From: Heterodontus francisci
Taxonomy: Eukaryota
DNA: 64,000 nt
Direction of reading: 5' to 3'
Assembly (NCBI RefSeq): GCF_036365525.1
Contig: NW_027140485.1
Coordinates: forward strand, 930,001 to 994,000
The notes under the pieces are model-generated. The model saw only the letters and a list, made by a program, of their open reading frames with translations. It was not told the DNA's origin and did not search any database. The position numbers and the translations under genes were made by a program. Positions within the stretch are counted from its first letter, which is position 1; each line of letters starts with the position of its first letter. This document shows, in pieces, positions 38,803 through 51,573 of the stretch.

Positions 38803-39784
38803 ATAGATTTGAGATAAGGTGAGACGGTGCTGCTGGAGAGAGAGGTCCAGTGTGTGCATGTGGCGGTGCACAGCACTGAGTGTGGATCTCAGGATGCGGC
38901 GAGAGTAGCAGTCCGAGGAATGTTGTATTTCTCGGAGATACCTGTGATCCTGGGTGGATTCACAACATGATGGGTGAAACTGTAGTTGGAATCCATGTGG
39001 AATAAGTCGGAGTCAGAGACAGTCACTGAGGAAGGAGATGTGGCTGTGAAAACGAGTTTTGGTAGAAACTTTATCTAGCACCAGGAGGGAAATAGAAAGC
39101 AATGAAGATGAACAAGGTAAAAGAGACAAACGGAAATCCCGTCGGAGAGAAGAGCAGAACTTCTTCAAGGTGGGCATTCCTGGAGGAGAAGTGGCAGTGA
39201 AGTAAACACTAAAATAAAAGCAAAATATTGCGGATGCTGGAAATCTGAAATAAAAACAAGAAATAGTCAGCAGGTCTGGCAGCATCTGGTCACAGACCTG
39301 AAATGTTAACTCTCTGCCCACATGCTGCCTGACCTGCTGAGTATTTCCAGCACTTTCTGTTTTGGTACCTAAAAATGTGGTGTCAACCCAGTGAAGCTAC
39401 AACATGGGACTACTTGCATTCCGATCAGTAGAAACAGCAATAGACACAGCTAAGCGATCCCATAGGTTTGGATAAGTTAGACAAATAAAAGCTGTTCTCA
39501 TTAGCTAATGGTACAAGGACTGGGGGACACAGATTGAAGGTTTTGGGCAAGAGATGCGGGGGGGGTGTGAGTAAGAACTTTTTTACACAGCGAGTGGAAC
39601 TTGCTTGCCATGAGAGTGGTGGAAGCAGAGACAATCAACGATTTCAAAAGTAAATTGGATGAATACTTGAGGGAAATAAACTTGCAGGGCTTTGGGGATA
39701 GAGTGGGGGAATGGGACTGATTGGGTTGCTCTACAGAGAGCTGGCATGTTCTTGATGGGCCAAATGGTTTCCCTCTGTGGTTTA

Positions 39785-42400
39785 ATGTGGCTCAGTTGGT
39801 GGCGCGATTGCCTCTGAGACTCAAGGTTCTGGGTTCAATTTTCACCCCAGGGCTTGCACCCAAAAGTCAAGTCTGTCACTCCAGTGAAGTACTGAGGGAG
39901 TGCTGCACTGTTGGAGGGTCAGTACTGAGGGAGTGCTGCACTGTCGGAGGGTCAGTACTGAGGGAGTGCTGCACTGTCAGAGGGTCAGTACTGAGGGAGT
40001 GCTGCACTGTCGGAGGGTCAGTACTGAGGGAGCGCTGCACTGTCGGAGTGTCAGAACTGACGGAGAGCTGCACTGTCAGAGGGTCAGTACTGAGGGAGTG
40101 CTGCACTGTCAAAGGATCAGTACTGAGGGAGTGCTGCACTGTCGGAGGGTCAGTACTGAGGGAGTTCTGCACTGTCGGAGGGTCAGTACTGAGGGAGTGC
40201 TGCACCGTTGGAGGGTCAGTACTGAGGGAGTGCTGCACTGTCGGAGGGTCAGTACTGAGGGACAGCTGCACTGTCGGAGGGTCAGTACTGAGGGAGTGCT
40301 ACACTGTCAAAGGATCAGTACTGAGGGAGTGCTGCACTGTTGGAGATACTGTCGTTTGGATGAGATATTAAACCTGCTTGGGTGGATGTCAAAGATATTG
40401 TGGCACTATTTCGAAGAAGAGCAGGGGAGTTATCCCTGGTGTCCTTCGAATTAGAATTAGAATTAGAACATTACAGCGCAGTACAGGCCCTTCGGCCCTC
40501 GATGTTGCGCCGACCTGTGAAACCATCTGACCTACACTGTTCCATTTTCATCCATATGTCTATCCAATGACCACTTAAATGCCCTTAAAGTTGGCGAGTC
40601 TACTACTGCTGCAGGCAGGGCGTTCCACGCCCCTACTACTCTCTGAGTAAAGAAACTACCTCTGACATCTGTCCTATATCTGTCACCCCTCAACTTAAAG
40701 CTATGTCCCCTCGTGTTTGCCATCACCATCCGAGGAAAAAGACTCTCACTATCCACCCTATCTAACCCTCTGATTATCTTATATGTCTCTACTAAGTCAC
40801 CTCTCCTCCTCCTTCTCTCCAACGAAAACAACCTCAAGTCCCTCAGCCTTTCCTCGTAAGACCTTCCCTCCATACCATGCAACATCCTAGTAAATCTCCT
40901 CTGCACCCTTTCCAAAGCTTCCACATCCTTCCTATAATGTGGTGACCAGAACTGCACGCAATACTCCAGATGCGGTCTCACCAGAGTTTTGTACAGCTGC
41001 ATCATGACCTCGTGGCTCCGAAACTCGATCCCCCTACTAATAAAAGCTAACACACCATATGCCTTCTTAACAGCCCTATTAACCTGGGTGGCAACCTTCA
41101 GGGATTTATGTACCTGGACACCAAGATCTCTCTGTTCATCTACACTACCAAGAATCTTCCCATTAGCCCAGTACTCTGCATTCCTGTTCCTCCTTCCAAA
41201 GTGAATCACCTCGCACTTTTCCGCATTAAACTCCATTTGCCATCTCTCAGCCCAGCTCTGCAGCCTATCTATGTCCCTCTGTACCCTACAACATCCTTCG
41301 GCACTATCCACAACTCCACCGACCTTCGTGTCATCCGCAAATTTACTAACCCACCCTTCTACACCCTCTTCCAGGTCATTTATAAAAATGACAAACAGCA
41401 GTGGCCCCAAAACAGATCCTTGCGGTACACCACTAGTAACTAAACTCCAGGATGAACATTTGCCATCAACCACCACCCTCTGTCTTCTTTCAGCTAGCCA
41501 ATTTCTGATCCAAAGCTCTAAATCACCTTCAACCCCATACTTCCGTAATTTCTGCAATAGCCTACCGTGGGGAACTTTATCAAACGCCTTACTGAAATCC
41601 ATATACACCACATCCACTGCTTTACCCTCATCCACCTGTTTGGTCACCTTCTCGAAAAACTCAATAAGGTTTGTGAGGCACGACCTACCCTTCACAAAAC
41701 CGTGCTGACTATCTCTAATGAACTTATTCTTTTCAAGATGATTATAAATCCTGTCTCTTATAACCTTTTCCAACATTTTACCCACAACCGAAGTAAGGCT
41801 CACAGGTCTATAATTACCAGAGTTGTCTCTACTCCCCTTCTTGAACAAGGGGACAACATTTGCTATCCTCCAGTCTTCCGGCACTATTCCTGTCGACAAT
41901 GACGACATAAAGATCAAGGACAAAGGCTCTGCAATCTCCTCCCTAGCTTCCCAGAGAATCCTAGGATAAATCCCATCTGGCCCAGGGGACTTATCTATTT
42001 TCACACTTTCCAAAATTGCTAACACCTCCTCCTTGTGAACCTCAATCCCATCTAGCCTAGTAGCCTGAATCTCAGTATTCTCCTCGACAACATTTTCTTT
42101 CTCTACTGTAAATACTGACGCAAAATATTCATTTAACGCTTCCCCTATCTCCTCTGATTCCACACACAACTTCCCACTACTATCCTTGATTGGCCCTAAT
42201 CCTGGCGAATATTTATCCCTCAATCAACATCACAAATATGAATGATCTGGTTATTATCACATTGCTGTTTGTGGGAGCTTGCTGTGCATACTGGCTGCCG
42301 TGTTTCCTGTTTCAAAAAGTCCTTCATTGGCTGTAAAGAGCTTTGAGATGTCCGGTGGTCATGAAAGTCTTAAATATAAATGCAAGTCTTTCTTTTTTTC
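39785..42400 (+). mobile_element. Deu-domain SINE (SacSINE1/AmnSINE-like) with internal 33-bp array (39889-40345), split by a CR1
   Basis: GTGGCTCAGTTGG A-box, GGTTCAATT B-box-like, Deu-like core GATGAGATATTAAACC..AAAGAT..TGGCACTATTTCGAAGAAGAGCAGGGGAGTTATCCCTGGTGTCCT, which resumes at about 42199 as CCTGGCGAATATTTATCCC. Confidence 0.75.
40447..42198 (-). mobile_element. Young 5'-truncated CR1 with uninterrupted RT reading frame
   Basis: ORF 40532..42223 (563 aa) has all RT motifs (KSPGPDG, NYRPVSL, YMDFSKAFD, GVPQGSVLGP, KFADD); (TTCTAA)n tail. Confidence 0.95.
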
Positions 42401-42407
42401 TTTTTAT

Positions 42408-43087
42408 GGGCAGCATTTTCTTGGCAGGCTTCAGGGTCCTGCTATCAGGCTGAAAAGGGTCACAGAAGTGAGTGGGGAACAGTCACACGGCTGCAATTTT
42501 TCTGAATTGGCCAATTAGTGGCCAGAGGATGGGCTCAGTGTTCCTGAAGCCAGAGGGCCAATAGGAGGCTCTCCAGCTTGGACGATGGAGCAGGCTGCTT
42601 TTTCAGGTAAGTGAGAGAGAGAGAGAGGCATCTCAAGATGGAGGCAACGTCTCTCCAATGTTCTTAACTTTAAACTAAAAATGGCCTCAGCAGCAAGGCC
42701 TGTGGTGTTGAGGTGGAACCCTCCTCTCAGACTGCCTGGGGTCCCTGGGGCACTGGCCTGTCACTTTGTTGCTGGGAGGCCCCGCTGACTGCAGGGACCT
42801 GGAGACTGACTGGAAAGTTCCAGTCGGCCTCTGACAATTGGCCTTAATAAGCCATTAAATGATGTAATTGGCTGTGGGTGGGTTGTCCTGCTGCCCCCAA
42901 CCCACTGCCCCACATACCCCCCATTGGCACCACTGGGAATTGGCCCAGGGTGATATGGAGCTGGGAATGGTCCCTGGGGCGAGATGGAACTGGGAATTGA
43001 CCTGCCAGCCGATGCCGGAAAATTCCATGCCTGTTCCCCCCCCCGCAACCCCGTGCCCGCCCCCATCGGGACCTGAAAATTCAGCCC
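42408..43087. mobile_element. MITE with 13-bp imperfect TIRs and 3-bp TSD (PIF/Harbinger-like)
   Basis: TAT|GGGCAGCATTTTC ... GAAAATTCAGCCC|TAT. Confidence 0.65.
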
Positions 43088-43449
43088 TATGACCGTATGA
43101 CTGTAAGTGTTGTGAACCAGAGGACACAGGGTTCCAGTGCTAGGCCTGGGTCTGAGGCCTCTGCAGTACTGACAGTGGCCACCGCCCCTGGTGGCACTGC
43201 TGATACCGCTGAGCTGCTGGTCCTCTGATTGGCCAGCAGCTCATGGAGGCTGGATTTCCACCTTTAAAGGGATGAGGATCCCGGCTTGTGAATCTTTAAT
43301 TGAAAAACATTGGAGGATTGCTCTGGGGGGGTGGGGGGGCCACGAAAATGCAGAAGTGGGGTTCCCTCTGCCTTTTCGGCCCGGTGCTGGGAGCCCCGCC
43401 TCCTACACCAAATTCTGCCACTGAAAGTGACAGGACAAATTGCGAAGAC

Positions 43450-44065
43450 TTTTTTGAATGCGTCCATTGGATGTGAGTATCTCTGGCAAAGTCAGCATTT
43501 ATTACCCATCCCTAATTGCCTTTGAGAAGGTGGTGGTGAACTGCCTTCTTGAACTGCTCCAGTCCTTGGGATGTAGGTACACCCACAGTGCTGTTAGGAA
43601 GGAAGTTCCAGGATTTTGACCCAGCGACAGTGAAGGAGCCATTCTTGAGTGTTGTTGGAGCTGCACCCATCCAGGCAAGTGGAGAGTATTCCATCACACT
43701 CCTGACTTGTGCCTTGTAGATGGTGGACAGGCTTTGGGGAGTTAGGAGGTGAGTTACTCGCCTCAGGATTCTTAGCCTCTGACCTGCTCTTGTAGCCACA
43801 GTATTTATATGGCTACTCCAGTTCAGTTTCTGGTCAATGGTAACCCCTAGGATGTTGATAATGGGGGATTCAGCGATGGTAATGCTGTTGAATGTCAAGG
43901 GGAGATGGTTAGATTCTGTCTTGTTGGAGATGGTCATTGCCTGGCAATTGTGTGGCGCAAATGTTACTTGCCACTTATCAGCCCAAGCCTGGATATTGTC
44001 CAGGTCTTGCTGCATTTCTACACGGACTGCTTCAGTACCTGAGGAGTGACAAATGATGCTGAATT
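43450..44065 (-). mobile_element. LINE family B 3' fragment with internal deletion
   Basis: ORF 43512..44015 (MQQDLDNIQAWADKWQVTF..YKAQVRSVMEYSPLAW..WNFLP). Confidence 0.85.
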
Positions 44066-44789
44066 GCTGCAGCTAGTTAGAAAAGCATAATGGATCCTAT
44101 CTGAAAGCAGATTCAACAGTAACTTTCAAAAAAAATTGGATAAATACTTGAAAAGAAAAAAAGTACGTATGGGCTGTGGGGAATGGGAATACTTAGAAAG
44201 CTCGACCAAAGAGCTGGCCCAGGAATGATGGGCAGAATGGTCTCCATTTGTGCCTTATTATTATAAGATTTCATGAATGGATGGTTGGTCTAATAGCCGT
44301 TATGATCTCCTTGCTCTCTCCATTCTGACCCAGATTGCCTCCAGAGTATTGGTTGGTGTTTCCATGGAGGTGAAGGTACTGACCGATCTCTGGCCGATCT
44401 TAGCGAGGGAACTGCTGCAGAGCTGGTGTGGGAGAAACTCTCATCTTCCAAGCTGTGAAGTCACCTATTGAACCCTGTGTTAGTGCAGTCACTGAAGCTC
44501 GATGTTAGTGAAATAAAAACCTCTCTCTCTCTTTGGAATTGGGAGGATTTCAGTGGGCCTGAGAAACTGGAGTTCCCTCTGCTAGCACAGGAACCCAGTG
44601 ATTAATGAATATCACAGTGACAAATCAGTTAGTAACTAACATCAGCAAGGAAAATCCTGACCAGTGCAGAGACCCACACCGGCTCAGATTCCAGCAAGGC
44701 TGATAATAGTGATGAGCAACAAGAACCCCAACTAATTTTATTCTTCAGATCAGCCAACAGCAGCTTGACAATTCGACAATCCCTTGGGT

Positions 44790-44945
44790 GTGTGAACTTC
44801 CTTTTCTTAGTTCCTTCCTCTTCTTGTGGTGATATTAGGAACTATGAGCATTAGACAATGCTCACTGCCTCTGTTACATGTTTGTTAATATAAATTCATT
44901 CTGTATAAAGGACAGAGGCTGGAGTAACAGGATCTTTATTCTGAA
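44790..44945 (+). promoter_or_regulatory. Putative promoter of the VJ-VJ gene
   Basis: TATAAA at 44889-44894 and TATAAAG at 44904-44910, RUNX-type TGTGGT at 44825-44830, and flanking ETS-type cores (ACTTCC, TTCCTTCC, AGGAAC) in non-repetitive sequence directly 5' of the leader ATG. Confidence 0.55.
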
Positions 44946-44994
44946 ATGGTGCAGAAACTGTTCCTGGCTGTGATCCTCTCTCTCTGTGTTGTGG
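44946..44994 (+). CDS. Exon 1 (leader/signal peptide) of non-rearranging VJ-VJ IgSF gene: MVQKLFLAVILSLCVV(G)
   Basis: ATG at 44946, 16 codons with a basic N-terminus and hydrophobic core, then a phase-1 donor G|GTGAGT at 44995. Typical split-leader exon of Ig/TCR-type genes. TATA boxes lie about 40-55 bp upstream. Confidence 0.85.
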
Positions 44995-45088
44995 GTGAGT
45001 ATGTGTCTCAGTTTGGTGAGCGAGCTGTGGTGTGTTTACTTAAATAGGAATAAGAGCAATAAAATGAGGTAACAGAGAGGGCTGATGA

Positions 45089-47930
45089 GGGGAGGCGGTG
45101 GTGTAGTGGTATTGTCACTGGACTAGTAACCTAGGGTATTGCTCTGGGGACATGGGTTCAAATCCCACCACAGCACAATTTGAATTCAATTAATAAATCT
45201 GGAATTAAAAGCCAGTCTAATGATGGCCATGAAACCATTGTCGATTGTTGTAAAAACCCATCTGGTTCACTCATGTCCTTTAGGGAAGGAAATCTGCTGT
45301 CCTTACCTGGTCTGGCCTACGTGTGACTCCAAACCCACAGCAATGTGGCTAACTCTGACATGCCCTCTGAAATGGCCTAGCAAGCCACTCAGTTTTATCT
45401 AACCGCTACGACGTCAATAAAAAGGAATGAAACTGGACGGACCGCCCGGCATTGACCAAGGCACCGGAAACGACAACGGCAAACCCAGCCCTGTCGACCC
45501 TGCAAAATCCTCCGTACTAACAGCTGGGGGCTTCTGCCAAAATTAGGAGAGCTGTCCCACAGACTAGTCAAGCAACAGCCTGACATAGTCATACTCACGG
45601 AATAATACCTGACAGACAATGTCCCAGACACTGCCATCACCATCCCCGGGTATGTCCTGTCCCACTGGCAGGACAGACCCAGCAGAGGTGGTGACAGAGT
45701 GGTATACAGTAGGGAGGGAGTTGCCCTGGGAATCCTCAACATTGACTCTAGACCCCATGAAGTCTCATGGCAGCAGGCCAAACATGGACAAGGTAACCTC
45801 CTGCTGATTACTACCTAACGCCCTCCCTCAGCTGATGAATCAGTACTCCTCTTGAATTGAATTGAACACCACTTGGAGGAAGCACTGAGGGTGGCAAGGG
45901 CATAGAATATACTCTGGGTTGGGGACTTCAATGTCCATCACCAAGAGTGGCTTGGTAGCATCACTACTAACCGAGCTGGCCGAGTCCTAAAGGACATATC
46001 TGCTAGACTGGGTATACGGCTGGTGGTGAGGAGAAAACATACTTGACCTCGTCCTCACCAATTTGCCTGCCGCAGATGCATCTGTCCATGACAGTATTGG
46101 TAGGAATGACCACCGCACAGTCCTTGTGGAGACGATGTCCTGCCTTCACGTTGAGGATACCCTCCATCGTGTTGTGTGGCACTACCACCATGCTAAATGG
46201 GATAGATTTCGATCAGAGCTAGCAATGCAAAACTGGCCATCCATGAGGTGCTGTGGGTCATCAGCAGCAGCAGAATGGTACTCAACCACAATCTGTAACC
46301 TCATGGCCCGGCATATCCCCCACTCTACCATTACCATCAAGCCAGGAGACCAACCCTGGTTCAATGAAGAGTGCAGGAGGGCATGCCAGGAGCAGCACCA
46401 GGTATACCTCAAAATGAGGAGTCAACCTGGTGAAGCTACAACACAGGACTATCTGCGTGCCAAATGCGTAAGCAGCATGCGATAGACAGAGCTAAGCGAT
46501 CCCATAACCAACGGATCAGATCTAAGCTCTGCAGTCCTGCCACATCCAGCCGTGAATGGTGGTGGACAATTAAACAACTAACTGGAGGAGGTGGCTCCAC
46601 TATTATCCCCATCCCCAATGATGGGGAGCCCAGCACATCAGTGCGAAAGATAAGGCTGAAGCACTTGCAACAATCTTCAGCCAGAAGTGCTGAGTTGATG
46701 ATCCATCTCGGCCTCCTCCTGAAGTTCCCAGCATCACAGATGCCAGACTTCAGCCAATTCGATTTACTCCGCGTGATATCAAAAAACGACTGAAGGCACT
46801 GGATACTGCAAATGCTATGGGCCCTGACAATATTCCGGCAGTAGTACTGAAGACCTGTGCCCCTAGCCAAGCTGTTCCAGTACAGCTACAACACTGGCAT
46901 CTACCCGGCAATGTGGAAAATTGCCCAGGTATGTCCTGTACACGAAAAGCTGGGCAAGTCCAACCCGGCCAATTACCACCCCATCTGCCTACTCTCAATC
47001 ATCAGTAAAGTGATGGAAGGTGTCATCAACAGTGCTATCAAGCAGCACTTGCTTAGCAATAACCTGCTCAGTGATGCTCAGTTTGGGTTCCGCCAGGGCC
47101 ACTCAGCTACTGATCTCATGTCCAGGCTTGGGCTGATAAGTGGTAAGTAACATTCGCGCCACACAAGTGCCAGGCAAAGACCATCTCCAACAAGAGAGAA
47201 TCTAACCATCTCCCCTTGACATTCAATGGCATTACCATTGCTGAATCCACCACTATCAATATCCTAGGGGCTACTATTGACCAGAAACTGAACTGGAGTA
47301 GCCATATAAATACCATGGCTACAAGAGCAGGTTAGAAGCTAGGAATCCTGCATCGAGTAACTCACCTCCTGACTCCCCAAAGCCTGTCCACCATCTCCAA
47401 GGCACAAGTCAGGAGTGTGATGGAATACTGTCCACTTGCCTGGATGGGTGCAGCTCCAACAACACTCAAGAAGCTCGACACCATCCAGGACAAAGCAGCC
47501 CGCTTGATTGGCACACCATCCATAAACATTCAGTCCCTCCACCACCAACGCACAGTGGCAGCAGTGTGTACCATCTACAAGATGCACTGCAGCAACACAC
47601 CAAGGCTCCTTCGACAGCACCTTCCAAACCCGCGACCTCTACCAACTAGAAGGACAAGGGCAGCAAATACATGGGAACACAACCACCTGCAAGTTCCCCT
47701 CCAAGTCACACACCATCCTGACTTGGAACTATATCGCCGTTCTTTCACTGTCGCTGGGTCAAAATCCTGGAACTCCCTTCCTAACAGCACTGTGCGTGTG
47801 CCTACCCCACATGGACTGCAGCGGTTCAAGAAGGCAGCTCACCACCACCTTCTCAAGGGCAATTAGGGATGGGCAATAAATGTTGGCCTAGCCAGCGACG
47901 CCCACATCCCATGAATGAATTTTTAAAAAA
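45089..47930 (+). mobile_element. LINE family B with both ends (internal RT deletion) in intron 1
   Basis: A-box 45099-45109, B-box 45155-45165, APE start (PKLGELSHRL..PDIVILTE), RT and C-terminal fragments, ATGAATGAA tail. It splits a CR1 at EVTERADEG|NAVDVVYMD. Confidence 0.87.
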
Positions 47931-50430
47931 CAATGCTGTTGATGTGGTGTATATGGACTTACAAATGGCGTTTGATACAATGCCACACAACAGACCTGTG
48001 AGCAAGGTTGTAGTTCATGGAATAAAAGGGACGGTAGCAACATGGATACAAAACTGGCTGAGTGACAGGAAACAAAGAGTAGTGGTTAATGGATGTTTTT
48101 TGGGCTGGAGGAAGGTTTGTAGTGGAGTTCCCCAGGGATCAGTGTTGGGACCCTTGTTCTTCTGATATATATTAATGACCTGGACCTTGGTATACAGGGC
48201 ACAATTTCAAAGTTTACAGATGATACAAAACTTAGAAGCATTGTGAACTGTAAGGAGGATAGTTTTGAGCTTCAAAAGGATATAGACAAGTCGGTGGAAT
48301 GGGCAGACAGGTGGCAGATGAAGTTCAATGCAAAGAAATGTGAGGTGATTCATTTTGGTAGGAAGAACATGGAGAGACAATATAGAATAAAAGGTAGAAT
48401 GCTAAAGGGGGTGCAGGAGCAGAGGGACCTAGGTGTATATGTGTATAAGTCACTGAAGGTGGCAGGACAGGTTGAGAGAGCGGTTAATAAAGCATACAGT
48501 ATCCTGGGCTTTATTAATAATTTGAAAAAGTAATGTGCTGTGGATAAAGGGGAACTGCTGGATATACTGTACTTACATTTCCAGAAAGCATTTGATAAGG
48601 TGCCACATCAAAGGTTGATGCAGAAAATAAATGCTCATGGTGTCGGGGGTAACATATTGGCATGGATAGAAGATTGGTTAGCTAACAGGAAACAGAGAGT
48701 AGGTATAAATGGGTCATTTTCTGGTTGGCAAGATGTAACCAGTGATGTGCCACAGGCATCTGTGCTGGGACCTCAACTTTTTACAATTTATATAAATGAT
48801 TTGGATGAAGGGACCGAAGGTATGGTTGCTAAATTTTCTGATGTCACAAAGATAGGCAGGAAAGTAAATTGTGAAGAGGACATAAGGAGGCTACAAAGGG
48901 ATATAGATAGGTTAAGTGAGTGGGCAAAGACCTGGCAAATGGAGTATAATGTGGGAAAGTGTGAAATTCTCCACTTTGGCGGGAAGAATAAAAAAGAAGC
49001 ATTTTATCTAAATGGTGAGAGATTGCAGAGCTCTGAGATGCAGAGGGATCTGGGTGTCCTAGTGCATGAATCGCAAAAGGTTAGTATGCAGGTACAGCAT
49101 GTAATTAGGAAAGCTAATAGAACATTATCGTTTATTGTGAGGGGAATTGAATACAAAAGTAGGGAGGTGATGCTTCAGCTACACATGGCATTGGTGAGAC
49201 CACATCTGGAGTACTGTGTACAGTTTTGGTCTCCTTATTTAATGAAGGATGTAAATGTGTTGGAGGCAGTACAGAGAAGGTTTACTAGACTAATACCTGG
49301 AATGGGCGGGCTGTCTTACGAGGAAAGATTGGACAGGCTAGGCTTGTATCCACTGGAATTTAGAAGAGTAAGAGGCGACTTGATTGAAACATTAGATTCT
49401 GAGGGGTCTTGACAGGGTGGATGTGGAAAGGATGTTTCCTCATGTGGGAGAATCTCGAACTAGGGGTCACTGTTTAAAAAGAAGGGGTCGCCCATTTAAG
49501 ACTGAAATTAGGAGAATTTTTTTCTCTGAGGGTTGTGAGTCTTTGGAATTCTCTTCCACAAAAGGCAGTGGAAGCAGAGTCTTTGATATTTTTAAGGCAG
49601 AGGCAGATAGATTCTTGATAAGCAAGGGGGTGGAAGGTTATCGGGGGTAGGTGGAAATATGGAGAAATCAGTTCAGCAATGAACTTATTGAATGGAGGAG
49701 CAGGCTCGAAGGGCCGAGTGGCCTACTCCTCCTAATTTGTATGTTTGTATATCCGTACGTACGGCATAGAGTACAAGAGCAAGGAGGTTATGTTGAACTT
49801 GTATAAGACACTAGTTCGGCCTCAGCTGGAGTATTGCGTCCAGTTCTGGGCACCGCACTTTAGGAAAGACGTGAGGGCATTGGAGAGAGTGCACAAGAGA
49901 TTCACAAGAATGGTTCCAGGGATGAGGAATTTTAGTTATGAAGGTAGATGAGAGAAGTTGGGACTATTTTCCTTGGAGAAGAGAAGGTTGAGAGGTGATT
50001 TGATAAAGGTATTCAAAATCATGAGGGGTCTGGACAGAGTCGATAGAGAGAAACTGTTCCCAGTTGTGAAAGGATTGAGAACGAGAGGGCACAGATTTAA
50101 AGTAATGGGTAAGAGAAGCAAAAGTGACATGAGGAAAAACTTTTTCACAGAATCATGGAATTGTTCCAGTGCAGTAGAAAACCATTCGGCCCATCGTGTC
50201 TGCACCAGCTCTCCAAATGTTCATATAGCGAGTGGTTAAGGTCTGGAATGCGCTGCCTGAGACTGGGTGGAGGCAGGTTCAACTGAAGCATTCAAAAAGG
50301 AATTTGATTATTATATGAAAAGGAAGAATGTGCAGGATTACGGGGAGAAGGTGGGGGAATGGCACTAAGTGAATTGCTTTTTCGGAGTGCCAGTCCAGAC
50401 ACGATGGGCTGAATGGCCTCCTTCTGTGCA
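47931..50430 (+). mobile_element. Two nested CR1 LINE 3' fragments (inner one about 48535-49760)
   Basis: ORFs 47869..48533, 48540..49412 and 49745..50239. The outer copy resumes after the inner 3' UTR at GIEYKSKEV. Confidence 0.88.
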
Positions 50431-50434
50431 TGGT

Positions 50435-50985
50435 TGTGATGCAGGAAACAGCAGGTAGTTTGCACACAGCAAGATCCCACAAACAGCAATGTATTAATAA
50501 AAATCTGTTTTTTTGTGATGTTGATTGAGGGATAAATATTGGCCAAGACACCAGGGATAACTCCCCTGCCCTTCTTTGAAATAGTGCCATGAGATCTTTT
50601 ACATCCACCCAAGCAGGCAGTTGGGTCCTCAGTTTAATGTCACATCTGTATAACAGCACTTCCAACTTTGCAGCACTCCCTCAGTACTGCACTGGAGTGC
50701 CAACCTCGACTTTTGTGCTCAAGCTCTGGAGTGGGATTTGAACCTAGAACCTTGTAATTCAGAAACAAAAACAAGAAATGCTGGAAATACTCAGCCTGGT
50801 TCTAGTGGGGGGGAGGGGGGTCACTGGCCTGAAACATTAACTCTGCTTCTCTCTCCACAGGTGCTGCCAGGCCTGCTGAGTATTTCCAGCGTTTCTTGTT
50901 TTTATTTCAGATTTCCAGCATCTGCAGTATTTTGCTTTTATCTTGTAATTCAGCGATAGGAATGCTACCAACTGAACCACAGCAT
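50435..50985 (-). mobile_element. Deu-domain SINE with a single copy of the 33-bp unit core, interrupted by a Penelope terminal-repeat fragment (50763-50941)
   Basis: Antisense Deu core, GCAGCACTCCCTCAGTACTG at 50670-50689, and 12-bp TSD CTTGTAATTCAG (50751-50762, 50942-50953). Confidence 0.78.
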
Positions 50986-51573
50986 TCGCAATTATGCTGG
51001 TTCATCACTTTAAAGGAGTAGACAAACTGTTGCAGGATGTTTCCTTGACCTTGTTTGACCTAGTGCTGTCAGACTTTATGGGATGCAATTCCCTGGACCG
51101 CTACTACCTGACTGTACACCCTGTGTCCACTGGTGGCTCTACACAATCAGGCTGTTTTAGACTCCATCAATAGTCAACTATTTAATGCAACCGGAATTTC
51201 TTGTGGGCCAGACAGTGAAGTGGTAATGGGTTCCCCTCCCTGAAAGGCACTGATAAAACAGTTGGGGTTTGATAATAGTCTTGGAATCTTTGATGACCAT
51301 TTTCCCTGGTGTGGGCAGGCAGTGCCACATTTCCCCACCTCTCCTTCCCAAACTGAATCAGCCCTTGTTTGGGTGCCTGTCCCTGATCTTCTGATGATAA
51401 AATCTTCCCTTCTTCCTGTACCTTTGTCTGGTGCAGGAGGAGTGGATCCTGGCGAGTGTTTATCAACCTCACTGAATTTTGAAATACAGAAGATTTCATT
51501 AACCCGTCCTCTTAAGCTGCTGTCAGATGATCAGTTGTTTTCCATGGTTTATTTTATTTTTTAAATGTTTCAG

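Larger units (their letters stand above)
30351..39364 (-). mobile_element. Near full-length Penelope-like element split by nested insertions
   Basis: Terminal repeat at 30351-30700, GIY-YIG-end fragments at 30730-30958 and 31853-32033, RT (SLYTSI..QVKGVTMGTRMGPSYACLF..FFRYIDD; IKPADEGG) at 32367-33845, N-terminal ORF part at 38470-39200, and an inverted terminal repeat arrangement at 39210-39364. Confidence 0.85.

Noticed and set aside
44613-44651. CACAGTG heptamer upstream of the leader as a possible RSS
   Set aside because: No ACAAAAACC-like nonamer at 12 or 23 bp and not adjacent to a V/D/J segment. The GACAGTG in the 33-bp arrays lacks the essential CAC.
45089-45175. tRNA gene
   Set aside because: A/B boxes are present, but no convincing cloverleaf was seen and the sequence continues into retroelement body. 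It is a tRNA-derived head (same for 3183 and 39785).
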